From Octopus bimaculoides (lineage: Eukaryota), in the NCBI RefSeq assembly GCF_001194135.2, contig NC_068994.1:38401634-38465326 (forward strand): a stretch of DNA of 63,693 nt. The letters are read 5' to 3'. The translations under genes were made by a program, and so were the position numbers. The notes below the pieces were generated by a model, which saw nothing but the letters and a program-made list of their open reading frames with translations, was not told the DNA's origin and did not search any database. Positions 51,955 through 63,693 of this stretch are shown here, in pieces (position 1 is the stretch's first letter; the number at the start of each line of letters is the position of its first letter).

Positions 51955-52452
51955 TTTGATATTGGAAATCAAGTAGTCCATTACCCAACAGAGTTCCTTA
52001 ATTCTCTTGAGCCAACTGGAACTCCTCCATATAAACTTTTTCTGTAGGTGGGAGTCCTAATAATGTTTCCAAGAAATTTAGATCCTCCTAAATTATGCAA
52101 TGGGTCAAGGTTGATCGTGAAGACATTATCACCTAATATGATAGAAACTACCATCATCACTGGACGTGCCTTGAGGAAGAGGTTTTCATTCCAAGAATTG
52201 CAGTGAAACCAATAGCCATACCTTTTGAGTTCAAACAAACACAATTCCAAGTGTGACTTTGCTTTGCAATGTCTATTAATAAAGCTCAAAGTCAAACTTT
52301 GAAATCTACTGGCTTGCACTTAATTTGAGCCTTGCTTTTCTCATGGTCAACTTTATGTTGGTTGCTCCAGGGTTGGTAGATTGCAAGACTTATTTGTCTA
52401 TGCTCCAAACCAGAAAACAAAGAATGTTATTTACCCAGAAGCTCTTACATAA
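51955..52452 (+). mobile_element. Helitron RepHel C-terminal (PIF1 helicase) fragment, degenerate
   Basis: YPTEFLNSLEPTGTPPYKL..RNLDPPKLCNGSRL..VFIPRI..FAMSINKAQSQTL..CFSHGQLYVGCSRV..TKNVIYPEAL, with stops and frameshifts. Confidence 0.85.
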
Positions 52453-52468
52453 TTTCCATCAACATATA

Positions 52469-52809
52469 GGCATAGGGGTGGCTGCGTGGAAAGTAGCTTG
52501 CTTACCAACCACATGGTTCCGGGTTCAGTCCCACTGCGTGGCATCTTGGGCAAGTGTCTTCTACTATAGCCTCGGGCCGACCAAAGCCTTGTGAGTGGAT
52601 TTGCTAGACGGAAACTGAAAGAAGCTTGTCGTATATGTGTGTGTGTGTGTGTGTGTGTGTATGTTTGTGTGTCTGAGTTTGTTTGTCCCCCCAACATCGC
52701 TTGACAACCAATGCTGGGGTGTTTACGTCCCCGTAACTTAGCGGTTCGGCAAAAGAGACCGATAGAATAAATACTAAGCTTCCAAAGAATAAGTCCTGGG
52801 GTCGATTTG
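52469..52809 (+). mobile_element. tRNA-derived SINE (family 1), runs into an N gap
   Basis: Homologous to 37772-38178. Confidence 0.85.
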
Positions 52810-53399
52810 NNNNNNNNNNNNNNNNNNNNNNNNNNNNNNNNNNNNNNNNNNNNNNNNNNNNNNNNNNNNNNNNNNNNNNNNNNNNNNNNNNNNNNNNNNN
52901 NNNNNNNNNNNNNNNNNNNNNNNNNNNNNNNNNNNNNNNNNNNNNNNNNNNNNNNNNNNNNNNNNNNNNNNNNNNNNNNNNNNNNNNNNNNNNNNNNNNN
53001 NNNNNNNNNNNNNNNNNNNNNNNNNNNNNNNNNNNNNNNNNNNNNNNNNNNNNNNNNNNNNNNNNNNNNNNNNNNNNNNNNNNNNNNNNNNNNNNNNNNN
53101 NNNNNNNNNNNNNNNNNNNNNNNNNNNNNNNNNNNNNNNNNNNNNNNTATATATATATATATATATATATTGCACTTAAGTATAGCTATACTAAAACTAG
53201 CTGCTAGACCTCAATTTACATACACTTTAAAATAAAATGTCAGTCAAATACTAGATTGGAATATGAATTAAGGAATTGGACTCTCTTAGTCATTTTCACT
53301 AGATTGCAGCTGCTTCTGTAACAGGAAGCAATACACTCAGAGCTGAGTGTCGGAGGAAAATCCTATTATTCATTGGAAGCACTAAAAACTGAAAAGTGT

Positions 53400-54300
53400 C
53401 GCTCGCATCTCAACTATAAATTGATGGCCCAACAACAGGATATTTTCTCTTGTTTAAGTGAACCTCTAGAATTCATCTCCTTCGTTTCGAACTCATACCT
53501 TACAGAGTATGCATTCTTCTCACAAGGAAATACACGGTCTTCTTTCAAGTAATCTCCTTTGAAGCCATATCCTCTCATCATGTCAACTGTCAACGTTTTG
53601 CCAGTAAATTCACATTGGAGCATTTCCAACATGGCGTCTGTCTTCATCTTCCTCACTGGTTCTTCCCGTGCAATCACCACTGAGCATGCGCAGTATAATA
53701 AGCACCCTAAATCTCGACAGTTTTCTATTGCATTCACCTGTCTCGAATTTTCCATGTGACTGGACTTTGACAGCCATGCAGAACAGCGTTATCATCAACA
53801 CCACCAATACCGCTGCCACAGCCTTTGTACCTGACTACAGTGCTAACACCACCACCACTTCACCACTAATCTCAACTCATTCCTGCTCCATCTTCTGTAC
53901 AGCAACTGGTTTTGTGGCTTTATACATCAAATTCCAGTCACTCTGAGAATGGCACAGTTGGATGGCACTTTAAGTGCTGGAAGGCAATGCTGGTAACGAT
54001 TACGCTCTAATGGTGCTATTTACGGGACACTAGCACGGAAGCCAGACAGCTGCTCTGGCAATGTACCCGCTCGACAGTGCTGTTAATGCTCCACTGGCAC
54101 GCTGACCAGTCATCGGGTATGGTTCAATTTTGATTTCACTTGCCCCAACAGGTCTTCCCAAGCAGAGTTTAGTGTCCAATGAAGGAGAGGTTGGCGTGGG
54201 TGCCAGTCATCAGATTCGGTTCGATTTCGATTTCAGATTTCAAATTCACCTGCCTCAACAGGTCTTCGCAAGCAGGGTTTTTAGTGTCCAATGAAGTAGA
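53400..54300. repeat. Degenerate LINE-like or unclassified repeat region with a short internal tandem duplication
   Basis: GC-richer block. Minus-strand peptide with GYGF is weakly endonuclease-like. The unit caacaggtctt..caagcag..tttagtgtccaatgaag is duplicated at ~54147 and ~54257. Confidence 0.35.
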
Positions 54301-54306
54301 TATGGA

Positions 54307-54342
<36 letters not shown>

Positions 54343-54666
54343 NNNNNNNNNNNNNNNNNNNNNNNNNNNNNNNNNNNNNNNNNNNNNNNNNNNNNNNNNN
54401 NNNNNNNNNNNNNNNNNNNNNNNNNNNNNNNNNNNNNNNNNNNNNNNNNNNNNNNNNNNNNNNNNNNNNNNNNNNNNNNNNNNNNNNNNNNNNNNNNNNN
54501 NNNNNNNNNNNNNNNNNNNNNNNNNNNNNNNNNNNNNNNNNNNNNNNNNNNNNNNNNNNNNNNNNNNNNNNNNNNNNNNNNNNNNNNNNNNNNNNNNNNN
54601 NNNNNNNNNNNNNNNNNNNNNNNNNNNNNNNNNNNNNNNNNNNNNNNNNNNNNNNNNNNNNNTATA

Positions 54667-54704
<38 letters not shown>

Positions 54705-55379
54705 TGTATGTGTATTACAAGTAGATGTTGCTGCATTTTCACATGTATTCTAAATCACATCTAAAAGAATTTCATTTTGTTTAGGAAATTATCTCGTACA
54801 TGCTTTACTGTGTTTTCTTGTGGTATTGATGTTGAGCTCCAAGTCATCCCTACTTGGATGCAACATACCAATCACCAGAAGCACCCCCTGCAGTGACAAT
54901 CCTGTGTCATGCCATATGCAAAACACAGAATGTCATTTGAGGGAGATTTGGTTGTTATTTCTCACAAGTCAAGTAGCCACCAATTCTTTCATTAGCTTGT
55001 ATCTAGCTTATAGACAAGCTTATGGAATTTGTACGTGAATAAGAATTTCCTAGTTTCTCTAGTTGTGGTAGACTTCAAAGAACAGAGCTGTTACCTTTCC
55101 TCTCACAATTTAAAATAGCTAACAAAACATACATAATGACAAAAAAAAAAAAAAAAATCAGAGTAGCTACCCTTGATTAAGTTTCTTGTTACTGAATCGT
55201 AATCAAAGTACTTAGACATTTAACAATTTTTTGACTTGATAAGAATATAACTAAGATATATTTAGTTAATTTGAAATTATAATATTGAAATGTTACCATA
55301 TTGCTAATATTCTTTTTCTCCAAATGATAACTGAGAAATATTAGTAAATGTTTAAATGACAAATATGCACAACTAATGA

Positions 55380-55612
55380 ATACTTACCAACAATTGTCTG
55401 TTGTTTATACAGCTGTTACTATTTCATGTACTGGTAGCAAAGTTGCAGCTGGAGTTCCGAGTAGTTTGATGTATGGGTGTATTAAGTAGTTCTATCAAGT
55501 TTTTTGTGTAGTATGTAATGTGTGTTGTAGCCAATGACAAGCTATTATTCCAATGCAAGGAAACAAAAGTACAGCCTCCAGTTCTTGCAGTAAATGATGG
55601 GCTGACCACATA
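55380..55612 (-). promoter_or_regulatory. Conserved promoter + non-coding exon 1, copy 6 (gene 6), most diverged copy
   Basis: Donor at 55388, 37-bp core intact (CCAAT 55531-55535). cggaa changed to caaaa, 4-bp deletion after the core, TGACTCA/gtttact segment lost. Confidence 0.75.
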
Positions 55613-56934
55613 CACTTACATATCCATGTTATAGTTGTATGTGAGATGTACATAAATGAATAGTTAAGAATGATGGTTATCTAGAATTTCAACGATAGGT
55701 AATAAATTCTATTTGGGTAATAGTATTGAATATATATACCTGTTTTAAGAATAAAATGTTTTATGACTAAATTAAATGTTTGCAAGTTTTCAGGATCAAA
55801 TATTTTTAATTTCTCATTAACAATACTTAGTATATGTAACAAAATGGTGCTAAAATTAATAGGAAGTATTATGAATGTAATTTATATACACTATTCTGAA
55901 TTATCAAACTAATTTTAACATACAAAATCAAGTCTTTAAATAAGAAATTAATTACAATCAAATATAAAAGAATTTTAGGTGGTTTTATAACAATTCCAAT
56001 TTAGCATTGTGTAAAATATTAACTCAATCCAATATAATGATATTTACATTATTTGTATATTGTTTGTAATATTATATGTGTGTATATATATCATCATATT
56101 CTCCAAATTAAAACAATATTCTAGTTCATTCTTATATTTTTTCCAATTAAGTGAGCAAATGAAGAATAACAATACCGAAGTGTATTGTTTTTGTAATATT
56201 CTCAGTAAAGGAATCCTCATAATGTTTGAAGCTTAATATATTTCTACATGAGGGAAGAATGATTCCTCGTGTTTAAAGACTGATCTAGAAAATGTAATCA
56301 GCTAATGAAGACTATATGACATATATGACAATATTCTCCATAACAAAATATTTAAAAAATCCTACAATTATATATTTACTCAAACATTTAAGTAAATATA
56401 AAGTCTCACATCTGATCACTTATAATAATCATATTAAACTACACACATTAATAAGGAGGGAAATTAATCAGTCATTTTGCATACATTTCAAAAATTAAAC
56501 TATATACTATTTATAACTAAATAAAGGAAGTTTTAATGAAAACCTTACACTTGATCATATGATAAAATCCTAATAAAAACTATCAAGCTTGTGATATTTA
56601 TGATATTACTTCTACAAATGTACTATAACAATATATATTGCAAGCATTTACTATTGAAGTAATACTGTTTTTTGGAACAAGGAATCTCAAAGCAGTTGAT
56701 AAAGCTATAACTAATAGTGTTCTTTTATTATTTTACTTGTTTTAGAGATTTGACAGTGGCCATGCTGGAGCACCACCTTAAAGGGTTTTAATCGATGAAA
56801 TCAACCCCAGTACTTATTCTACTGGTGTCTTTTGCCAAACTGCTAAGTTACAGGGACATAAACACACCAGCATCAGCTGTCAAGCCATAGTGGGTTGGGG
56901 TGGAGACAAACACACATACACACATAAATATATA

Positions 56935-57816
56935 CAGGATATGGTGAATAAATTGTTGTCTAAGTTACTCAAAAATGGAAATAACATTGACATTTCATTG
57001 TAACAGATATATTTACCAAACTTACATTAAAATATCTTGAAATACTAAAGAGTAAATTTATTCAATAAAATCGCCATTGAGTTCAACCTCGGCCTCCAAA
57101 CGACTTTGGAATCTCCTACAACTCTTCTGGACAGTTTCCTTGTTTAAGTTGGTTAATGCTGCCATAATCCTTGCCTTTAGTTCATTTTGGTTTTACAAGG
57201 AGTTTTGTTAGTCTCTTGCTCAACTGTGCCCCACACATAATCAAGGGGGTTGCAGTCTGGGAGTTAGGTGGCCAGATGTTAGGGGTGGTATGGTTACAGA
57301 AATTGCCTGACAGCCATGACTGGGTTCTCCTGGTTGTGTGGCATATTGCAGTGTCCTGTTGCACAGACATAGGGTCTTCCCTAACCCTAGCCACCCACTT
57401 GACTCAGGACAGCACTACCTCCTGCAGGCACTTGATGTAGGCTTCTGTGTTGAGTGTGAGGCGATGTGGTAAGATGGAGGCATAACTTTGCCATCACTAG
57501 TGATCACTCCAAACACCATGATGTTGATTGGATGTTTGATTTTTATCGTTCTCAGTACACATCTTTTGATTGCATGGTCCACATATTGACACTCAAACAC
57601 TCTGAAATATTTATACTGGAGCTTCTAGTGTGAATGCCAAACAGTACAGCATGTCATTTCCAAATTACTGGCAGAGTGAACTGCGGCATGGTGCTGTCTT
57701 TCTCACAGACAGTGCCCAATTAATCCTACTATACTGTGTAGATGACAAAATCAAAAACAATGTGCATGTGTGATATTAAAAATATAAAATGGCAACAATT
57801 TACCCATCACACCCTG
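56935..57816 (-). mobile_element. Degenerate Tc1/mariner-superfamily DNA transposon
   Basis: TA-flanked imperfect TIRs (caggatatggtgaataaattgttg / caacaatttacccatcacaccctg). Transposase pieces IMVFGVITSDGKVMPP, QQDTAICHTTRRTQSWL and IWPPNS. Confidence 0.8.
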
Positions 57817-57845
57817 TACATACATTATATATATATGTGTGTGTG

Positions 57846-57922
<77 letters not shown>

Positions 57923-58152
57923 TAGCAGACATACCTAGTGTTGCTCAGGATTTAAACTGCATAGTGCACACATATGGTACACTTAAGTTGAAACATGATA
58001 CAGGGAAGTGCAGCATTGATGACAAAACATTTGAGGAGTAAATGATAGGCTAATTTGACTAAGTGACATTTCATGCATCTCTTTGGAAGATTCCAGGCCC
58101 TAACCATTTCATGGGAAAGTGGGTGGGAGGTATGTGATTTATATATGTGATT

Positions 58153-58190
<38 letters not shown>

Positions 58191-58191
<1 letters not shown>

Positions 58192-58347
58192 GACAGATTT
58201 CTTTCAGTTTCTGTCCACCAAATCCACTCACAAGGCTTTGGTGGGCCCCTAGATTATAGTAGAAGACAACTTGCCTAAGGCGTAAAACAGTGGGACTGAA
58301 CCAGGAACCTCATGGCTGGGAAGCAAACTTCTTACCACACAGCCATG
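58191..58347 (-). mobile_element. SINE family 1, 5' part, reverse orientation
   Basis: Reverse complement matches catggctgtgtggtaagaag...ccaaagccttgtgagtggatttgg..gaaactgaaagaa. Confidence 0.7.
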
Positions 58348-58922
58348 TCTGAAAAAGGTTTTGAAAAGAAAAAGTGTTTTAACCTAATATTCACACTCTA
58401 TCATTTATAGCTTTGTCATCGGCTTCAAGATCCACTGTTCCAAAAATAAACAAAGAAGAATTATTTCACTTTCTCTTATGACATCAACAATTTACTATTG
58501 AATACTTTTGACAAACATTTTAAGAGGATTATCTTTTCTGAAGAAGTATTTCTCTTTAAACCTCTAAATTCAAGTAGTCTTTGTAGTGAGGTTGAATATT
58601 TAATGCCAATAATTAATATCGAATGAAATATTATTCATGCTATTTAATGTCTTATGTCTTTTATACTTTAGTTTATTTTGGAAAAGTAATTGAAACTGAT
58701 AATATTTCTAAATTATAATTCCATGCAATAAATATTGATTATTCAATCTACACAAGATAAAATATGCTAGAGGATACTGGTATGGAAGGGGTACAGGAGA
58801 TGAATGGGGAAAACGTGTGGAAACAGTTTGGGGGCATCCTATGGAACGACCTAGATGAGATGATTGACATATATATTATTTCATTGTTCTCTTAAAGCTG
58901 ACATCTAAGTTTTTTGTAATAG

Positions 58923-59230
58923 CTATAAATTGGTGATACCTAAGGTATTGAAGGTACTGTTTGGTAGTGTTGTTACTTTAGGTACATCTGGTGAAGGTGG
59001 TTTACTGTGTGAAGTAAACTGACTTGTCATTGGTACTGAAACTGGTTGTTCAGTTAAATTCAATGTAGTATTAGCTGTAGTCAAAGGCATTTGGTCAGGA
59101 TAATAGGACGTGTTTATATCAACGTTATGGGGATAATATCTGTTATTGTTATCTCCCTTTGATCTGTTCAGTGTAGGTGGGAGTTCATTTCTCCTGTTCC
59201 ATGTAAGTTCACTTTGGTAACGGCACAGGT
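58923..59230 (-). CDS. Protocadherin gene 7, terminal exon B (1-nt insertion changes the last ~12 aa)
   Basis: ttcccAG acceptor; (D)LCRYQSELTWNRRNELPPTLNRSKGD...VPKVTTLP-NSTFNTLGITNL-TAG. Confidence 0.75.
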
Positions 59231-59605
59231 CTGGGAATAAATAGATAATTTATCTATCAAAGAGTTCACTATCTAGAATGCATTTCAGACAAACCAAAAT
59301 GATGCTGTTTTACTAAATTGGTTCTTAGTAGCTAAAATTTTAATATTTTTATACTTTAGCAGAAAAATGTCTGTGTATTTATATACATTGCTCATAATAT
59401 TGTTGAATATATTGAAATATAGAAAATGAACTCACTTTTAAACTAAAAAGATGGACAATCAGTTGATCGAATTAATATTTACATCTTTGATATCATAATT
59501 ATATCAATCCCTTATTTAATATTCATTTCTACTTTTGACCTCCTAGTATTCATTTCTACTTTGGACCGCTTAGCAATATAGAAATATTCAGCATTTCTAA
59601 CTTAC

Positions 59606-59756
59606 CTGGCAATTCCTCATAGTGTCCAGCATTACAGACACTCCAGTCACGACCACTATCAGTGTGAGATGACAATGTTGACATCTCACTGAATTGGTCA
59701 ATACTGTTTAGTTCTCTGTAACCTGGAGACATGCTTTCTTCCCTTGGAACAAACAT
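59606..59756 (-). CDS. Protocadherin gene 7, cytoplasmic exon A (151 bp)
   Basis: AG/GT flanked; MFVPREESMSPGYRELNSIDQFSEMSTLSSHTDSGRDWSVCNAGHYEELP. Confidence 0.85.
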
Positions 59757-60819
59757 CTAAAATTATAAATCCAGTGGATCATCATAATGTTCTGGACATT
59801 TAAAAATGAAAATATAAAATATAAACCAGAAATTAAAATATCAACAAACCATCAATTGGAATATTCATTTCTAAACTATGGTACAAGTCATAGGCTAAAA
59901 ACTTGAACTCTAACATAGACACAAAACATTAATCAGAATATTTGAACCAATCATAGCATATTTTATGTTCTTTGTCTCCAATGCATCCACAAAATCACTA
60001 TCTCTTGACACAGATTACTATAACTTGAATTGCAAATAATTAAATAAACTTAGATAAAGAAGAAAATAAGACTCGTATTAAATAATTTAGCTAGTCAAGT
60101 TCAATGAGGGTATGAATAACACTGTGCAACAAAATTTTTAATTTTTTCTGTCTTTGGTCAGTAAGTAATATTACCTATTTGCTTCTATCTAGAAATCAAA
60201 CGAAATGACTACTATTCCCTTCAAACTTTACTTTTGACATCAATGTTTTCAAACTCACCTATTTTCCATTACATTTCAGACACATTCATCACTGAGTGGC
60301 TGAAGCATAAATATCTTTATAGCAAATGTTCAGCTCAATACCACAGGTTTGCTTCTCACTTGTTTGGCATTGACCACTTGAGCATGTCTCTTAATGGCTG
60401 ACAATATATGCATCTCTGATCATAAGCAGGAGTAGTGTGGGAGTATCATAGCCATATGTTGAGATTCTTTGGGGTTTGAACAAATGAACAAAAGGGAGGT
60501 TTGAAGGAAGTATTAGCCATTTTTCATACTTTCTAGGGATAAGCAAATAGGAAATGACAGTTGCTACCTGAGGATAAAAATCGTGTTACACAGTGTAATA
60601 ATGAATAAGTTAAGACCATGTTCAAATTCCCAGATATCTGTTAATGCTATCACAGCATGTTCCTTTAACAGTAGGAATAACCTAGATGGAATCTCTACCT
60701 GATTCCCATTAAAGCAGTAGTGAACAAAACATGTAGAAACAGAAAAAAATATTGAAAATAGATTGCTGAACATGTTGCAGCTTTGTAGTCAAGTATGTTT
60801 ATGATTCATTGTTAATGGT

Positions 60820-61201
60820 GGAGGTGCAATGGCCCAGTGGTTAGGGCAGCGGACTCGCGGTCATAGGATCGCAGTTTTGATTCCCAGACCGGGCGTTGTG
60901 AGTGTTTATTGAGCGAAAACGCCTAAAGCTCCACGAGACTCTGGCAGGGGATGGTGGCGAACCCTGCTGTACTCTTCCACCACAACTTTCTCTCACTCTT
61001 ACTTCCTGTTTCTGTTGTGCCTGTAATTCAAAGGGTCAGCCTTGTCACACTGTGTCATGCTAAATATCCCCCGAGAACTACGTTAAGGGTACACGTGTCT
61101 GTGGAGTGCTCAGCCACTTGCACGTTAATTCCACAAGCAGGCTGTTCCGTTGATTGGATCAACTGGAACCCTCGACGTCGTAAGCAATGGAGTGCCAACA
61201 A
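60820..61201 (+). mobile_element. tRNA-derived SINE (family 2) with a 13-bp target site duplication
   Basis: CATTGTTAATGGT at 60807-60819 and 61202-61214; body homologous to 47520-47908. Confidence 0.88.
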
Positions 61202-63289
61202 CATTGTTAATGGTATCCCTCATAGCTGTTACTTTACTTTGGTTTTAATGGAAAAAGAAAAAAAAATCAGATTGTTTTGAGATGAAACAAGTGTGATAAA
61301 CCCATCACATCATCTGGTAAATGAGCAAGGCCTAGGTTCTTTATAGTTGTGGAAATTATTGATGATATTCATTCTTAGGATGAAAAGTGAACAAGAATTT
61401 TAGTAAGTTTACCCTTATGCAGACAATGAGAGTCATTTGGACAAGTAAACTGGTGAAAATGGTGAGGAAAGAAGTGATTTGGATGAACAAATATGGTAAT
61501 TGAGAGATAAGTGTACTATTGTTCTTCTCCTGAACCTTTTTTTGTGATTCTATCCATTTGTTTGCCTGTAATAATTACTCTTGAGCTGTGTATGCAACTC
61601 ATTGTTTTTTAGCTCAAGTGTGCAGGTAGAGGGTAAAATTAGATGGGGGAGGAGCAAGTCTGAGAGGGTTAAACTTGTGTACCATGATTCCCTAGGTGGC
61701 ATACTGAAACCTTTCTAGCAATGGAAATGACAAGCACATTTCATTCACATCTATTGACTACAGCATATGTGCAGATAATAATTGTGGTAAAGAAATTAAT
61801 GGTTTCAAATTTTGGCACAAGGCCGGCAAGTTTTGGGGGAGTAGAGTAGGTCGATTACATCCACCCTAGTGTTCAAATGGTACTAATTTTAACCCTAAAT
61901 GGATGAAAGCTGAAGTCGACCTTGACAGTATTTGAACTCAGAATGTAAAAACATGAAATACTGCTAAACATTTTGTCCAGTGTGCTAATGATTCTGCCAG
62001 CTTGCCACCCTGTGGTATGGTAAGTAATGTAAATATTTATTTAGATAACTATGGCTATAAAACCCTCCAATTCCAAAAGGTAACTCATGGTGGTGGCTGG
62101 TGTATAGGCATTGCAGAACTGCAGCACCCCCTATTTCCACTTGACATTATCGATAACATTCTATATAAGGAGTCCTTTTTTCTTAATTCTTTCTTGATAC
62201 TTGTACATTATATAATCCTTAAGTTTAATGTCAATAGCCTTCCCCTAGTTTATGAAAAAAATACAAAAATCCTTGTATAGAACTGTGCACTTCAAAGTTC
62301 CAGCAATGCAGTGTTTGGCTGTTGTGCGCATGCTCACATGTCCGAGATAGGAAGCTTCACACTAGAGAGTGAGAGCACCGTCGTTCATGCAGTGCCAGTG
62401 AAAGGTAGTGTTTCTTTTTGACTCTGCATGAGTTGTGCTTAAAGATGTGTTTATATTCTTGAATACGATAAAGTGTAGAATTAGATTATTATCCTGCTTC
62501 CAGTTTTGGTGTTGCTGCCAGGATTTGAAAAATAGGGCTCATTTCCCCACTTTATTTTGTGAATTAGGGGGTGATTTTTGAAAAACAAGGAGGAATTCAT
62601 GCGGTATTCAGTGAACAAATTAATCACACTCTACTTGGCTGTGGCTAAAATGTGAACCAATCAAGTTTATGTATAAATATTCTTTTTAGATGTTTGTTTC
62701 CTTTTACACAGTATTAAAACAATGCCTAAAAATTTTCTGAAGCAGCACCTTTACTAATTTTATCTACAAGCCACCACTGGTAACTCGTGGTATTCAATAT
62801 ATATTTGTAGGTTCCGAATTTTCATTGCAGCTCTTACATGGTGTGGTTTAATTGTAAAACAAGTGAATATCGGTAAATATTGTAGTCAGAGTAATGGTGG
62901 ATGATGTCTTACAAGATATACAAATATGAGAGATCACTTGTTTGAGTGGAGAGTTACTGAAACTGGATAAGTTGATCTATTGATAACATCATTTACACCA
63001 GCTTCAAAATTTATAGCAATCTTTAAACTCTACATAGAGATTACTGTCTTTGGTTGGAACAAAACTAAGACCAGCAAAAGAAACTGTGTTTAAGGAAGAT
63101 TATTTAGAAACCATTTCTGCAATTGAATCTCAGATTTTGAGGTTCACACTTCACCAAAGTAAAAGTATATGTTACTTTGAATATATCTTTATATTTTAAA
63201 GGAAAAATTCTGTTTTTAATCTGTACAGAAGAAGCTGCATCTGACATGATTAAAAATTAATATGCAAAATTGCAAAAATTTCATCTTAC

Positions 63290-63693
63290 CTGATTGTTTT
63301 CTCTTGAAGCCTGATCATCCCATCTATAAGACATAGTTCTGCAGTGAATATTGTCTCTGTCTACTATTGGTTGTTGAGATTTCTTCACATTTCTCTCCAC
63401 TGTGTACTGAACTCCAGGAGGAACACAGGTAGGGTCAAATGTATAATTTGATTGGATGTTTAATGTAGGTGTAACTTTGTGATACATATCAACACTGTTG
63501 TTATAGTTGCTATGTGTCTGCTTCAGTCTATGAACTATACAGATTGATATAGAGATCACTATAACAATTGATACTATCACAGCTGCTATAACAATAACAA
63601 TCATCACATTAAATTGGAGGCCATTACTTGATTCCAGTGTTGTCTTTGAAGGTGTCTTAAACATCTTTGTGTTGTTACTAACTGTTAGAGTCA
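63290..63693 (-). CDS. Pcdh: Protocadherin gene 7, 3' end of large exon (end of EC6, TM, proximal tail); the rest is beyond the window
   Basis: TLTVSNNTKMFKTPSKTTLESSNGLQFNVMIVIVIAAVIVSIVIV...; CAG|GTAAGA donor at 63290. Confidence 0.9.

Noticed and set aside
4675-55612. Regularly recurring identical 37-mer as a CRISPR-like array
   Set aside because: Eukaryotic context, copies 7-16 kb apart, each tied to a gene 5' end, no spacers or cas genes.

Overview
AT-rich eukaryotic DNA with N gaps, microsatellites and many transposon relics. It is most consistent with an octopus (coleoid cephalopod) genome; this is inferred from the gene family and repeat landscape, not from a database. The window is part of a head-to-tail tandem cluster of at least seven protocadherin genes, all on the minus strand. 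Each complete gene is a self-contained unit. It begins with a conserved ~260 bp promoter plus non-coding first exon ending in a GTAAGT donor (six copies, sharing an invariant 37-bp core with a CCAAT box). Next is one ~2.4 kb exon encoding signal peptide, 6 cadherin repeats, TM and proximal tail, ending CAG|GT in phase 0. Then come a private 151-bp cytoplasmic exon (exon A) and a private ~300-bp proline-rich terminal exon (exon B). The paralogs differ strongly in EC2-EC3 but are nearly identical from EC4 to the TM. All five genes with a visible EC3 lack the canonical Ca2+-binding motifs at the EC3-EC4 junction. Introns and spacers hold an internally inverted Ty3/Gypsy relic, mariner/Tc1 elements, MITEs, a ~1.15 kb palindrome interrupted by a piggyBac-type MITE, Merlin and Helitron fragments, SINEs and a tRNA-Ala pseudogene.
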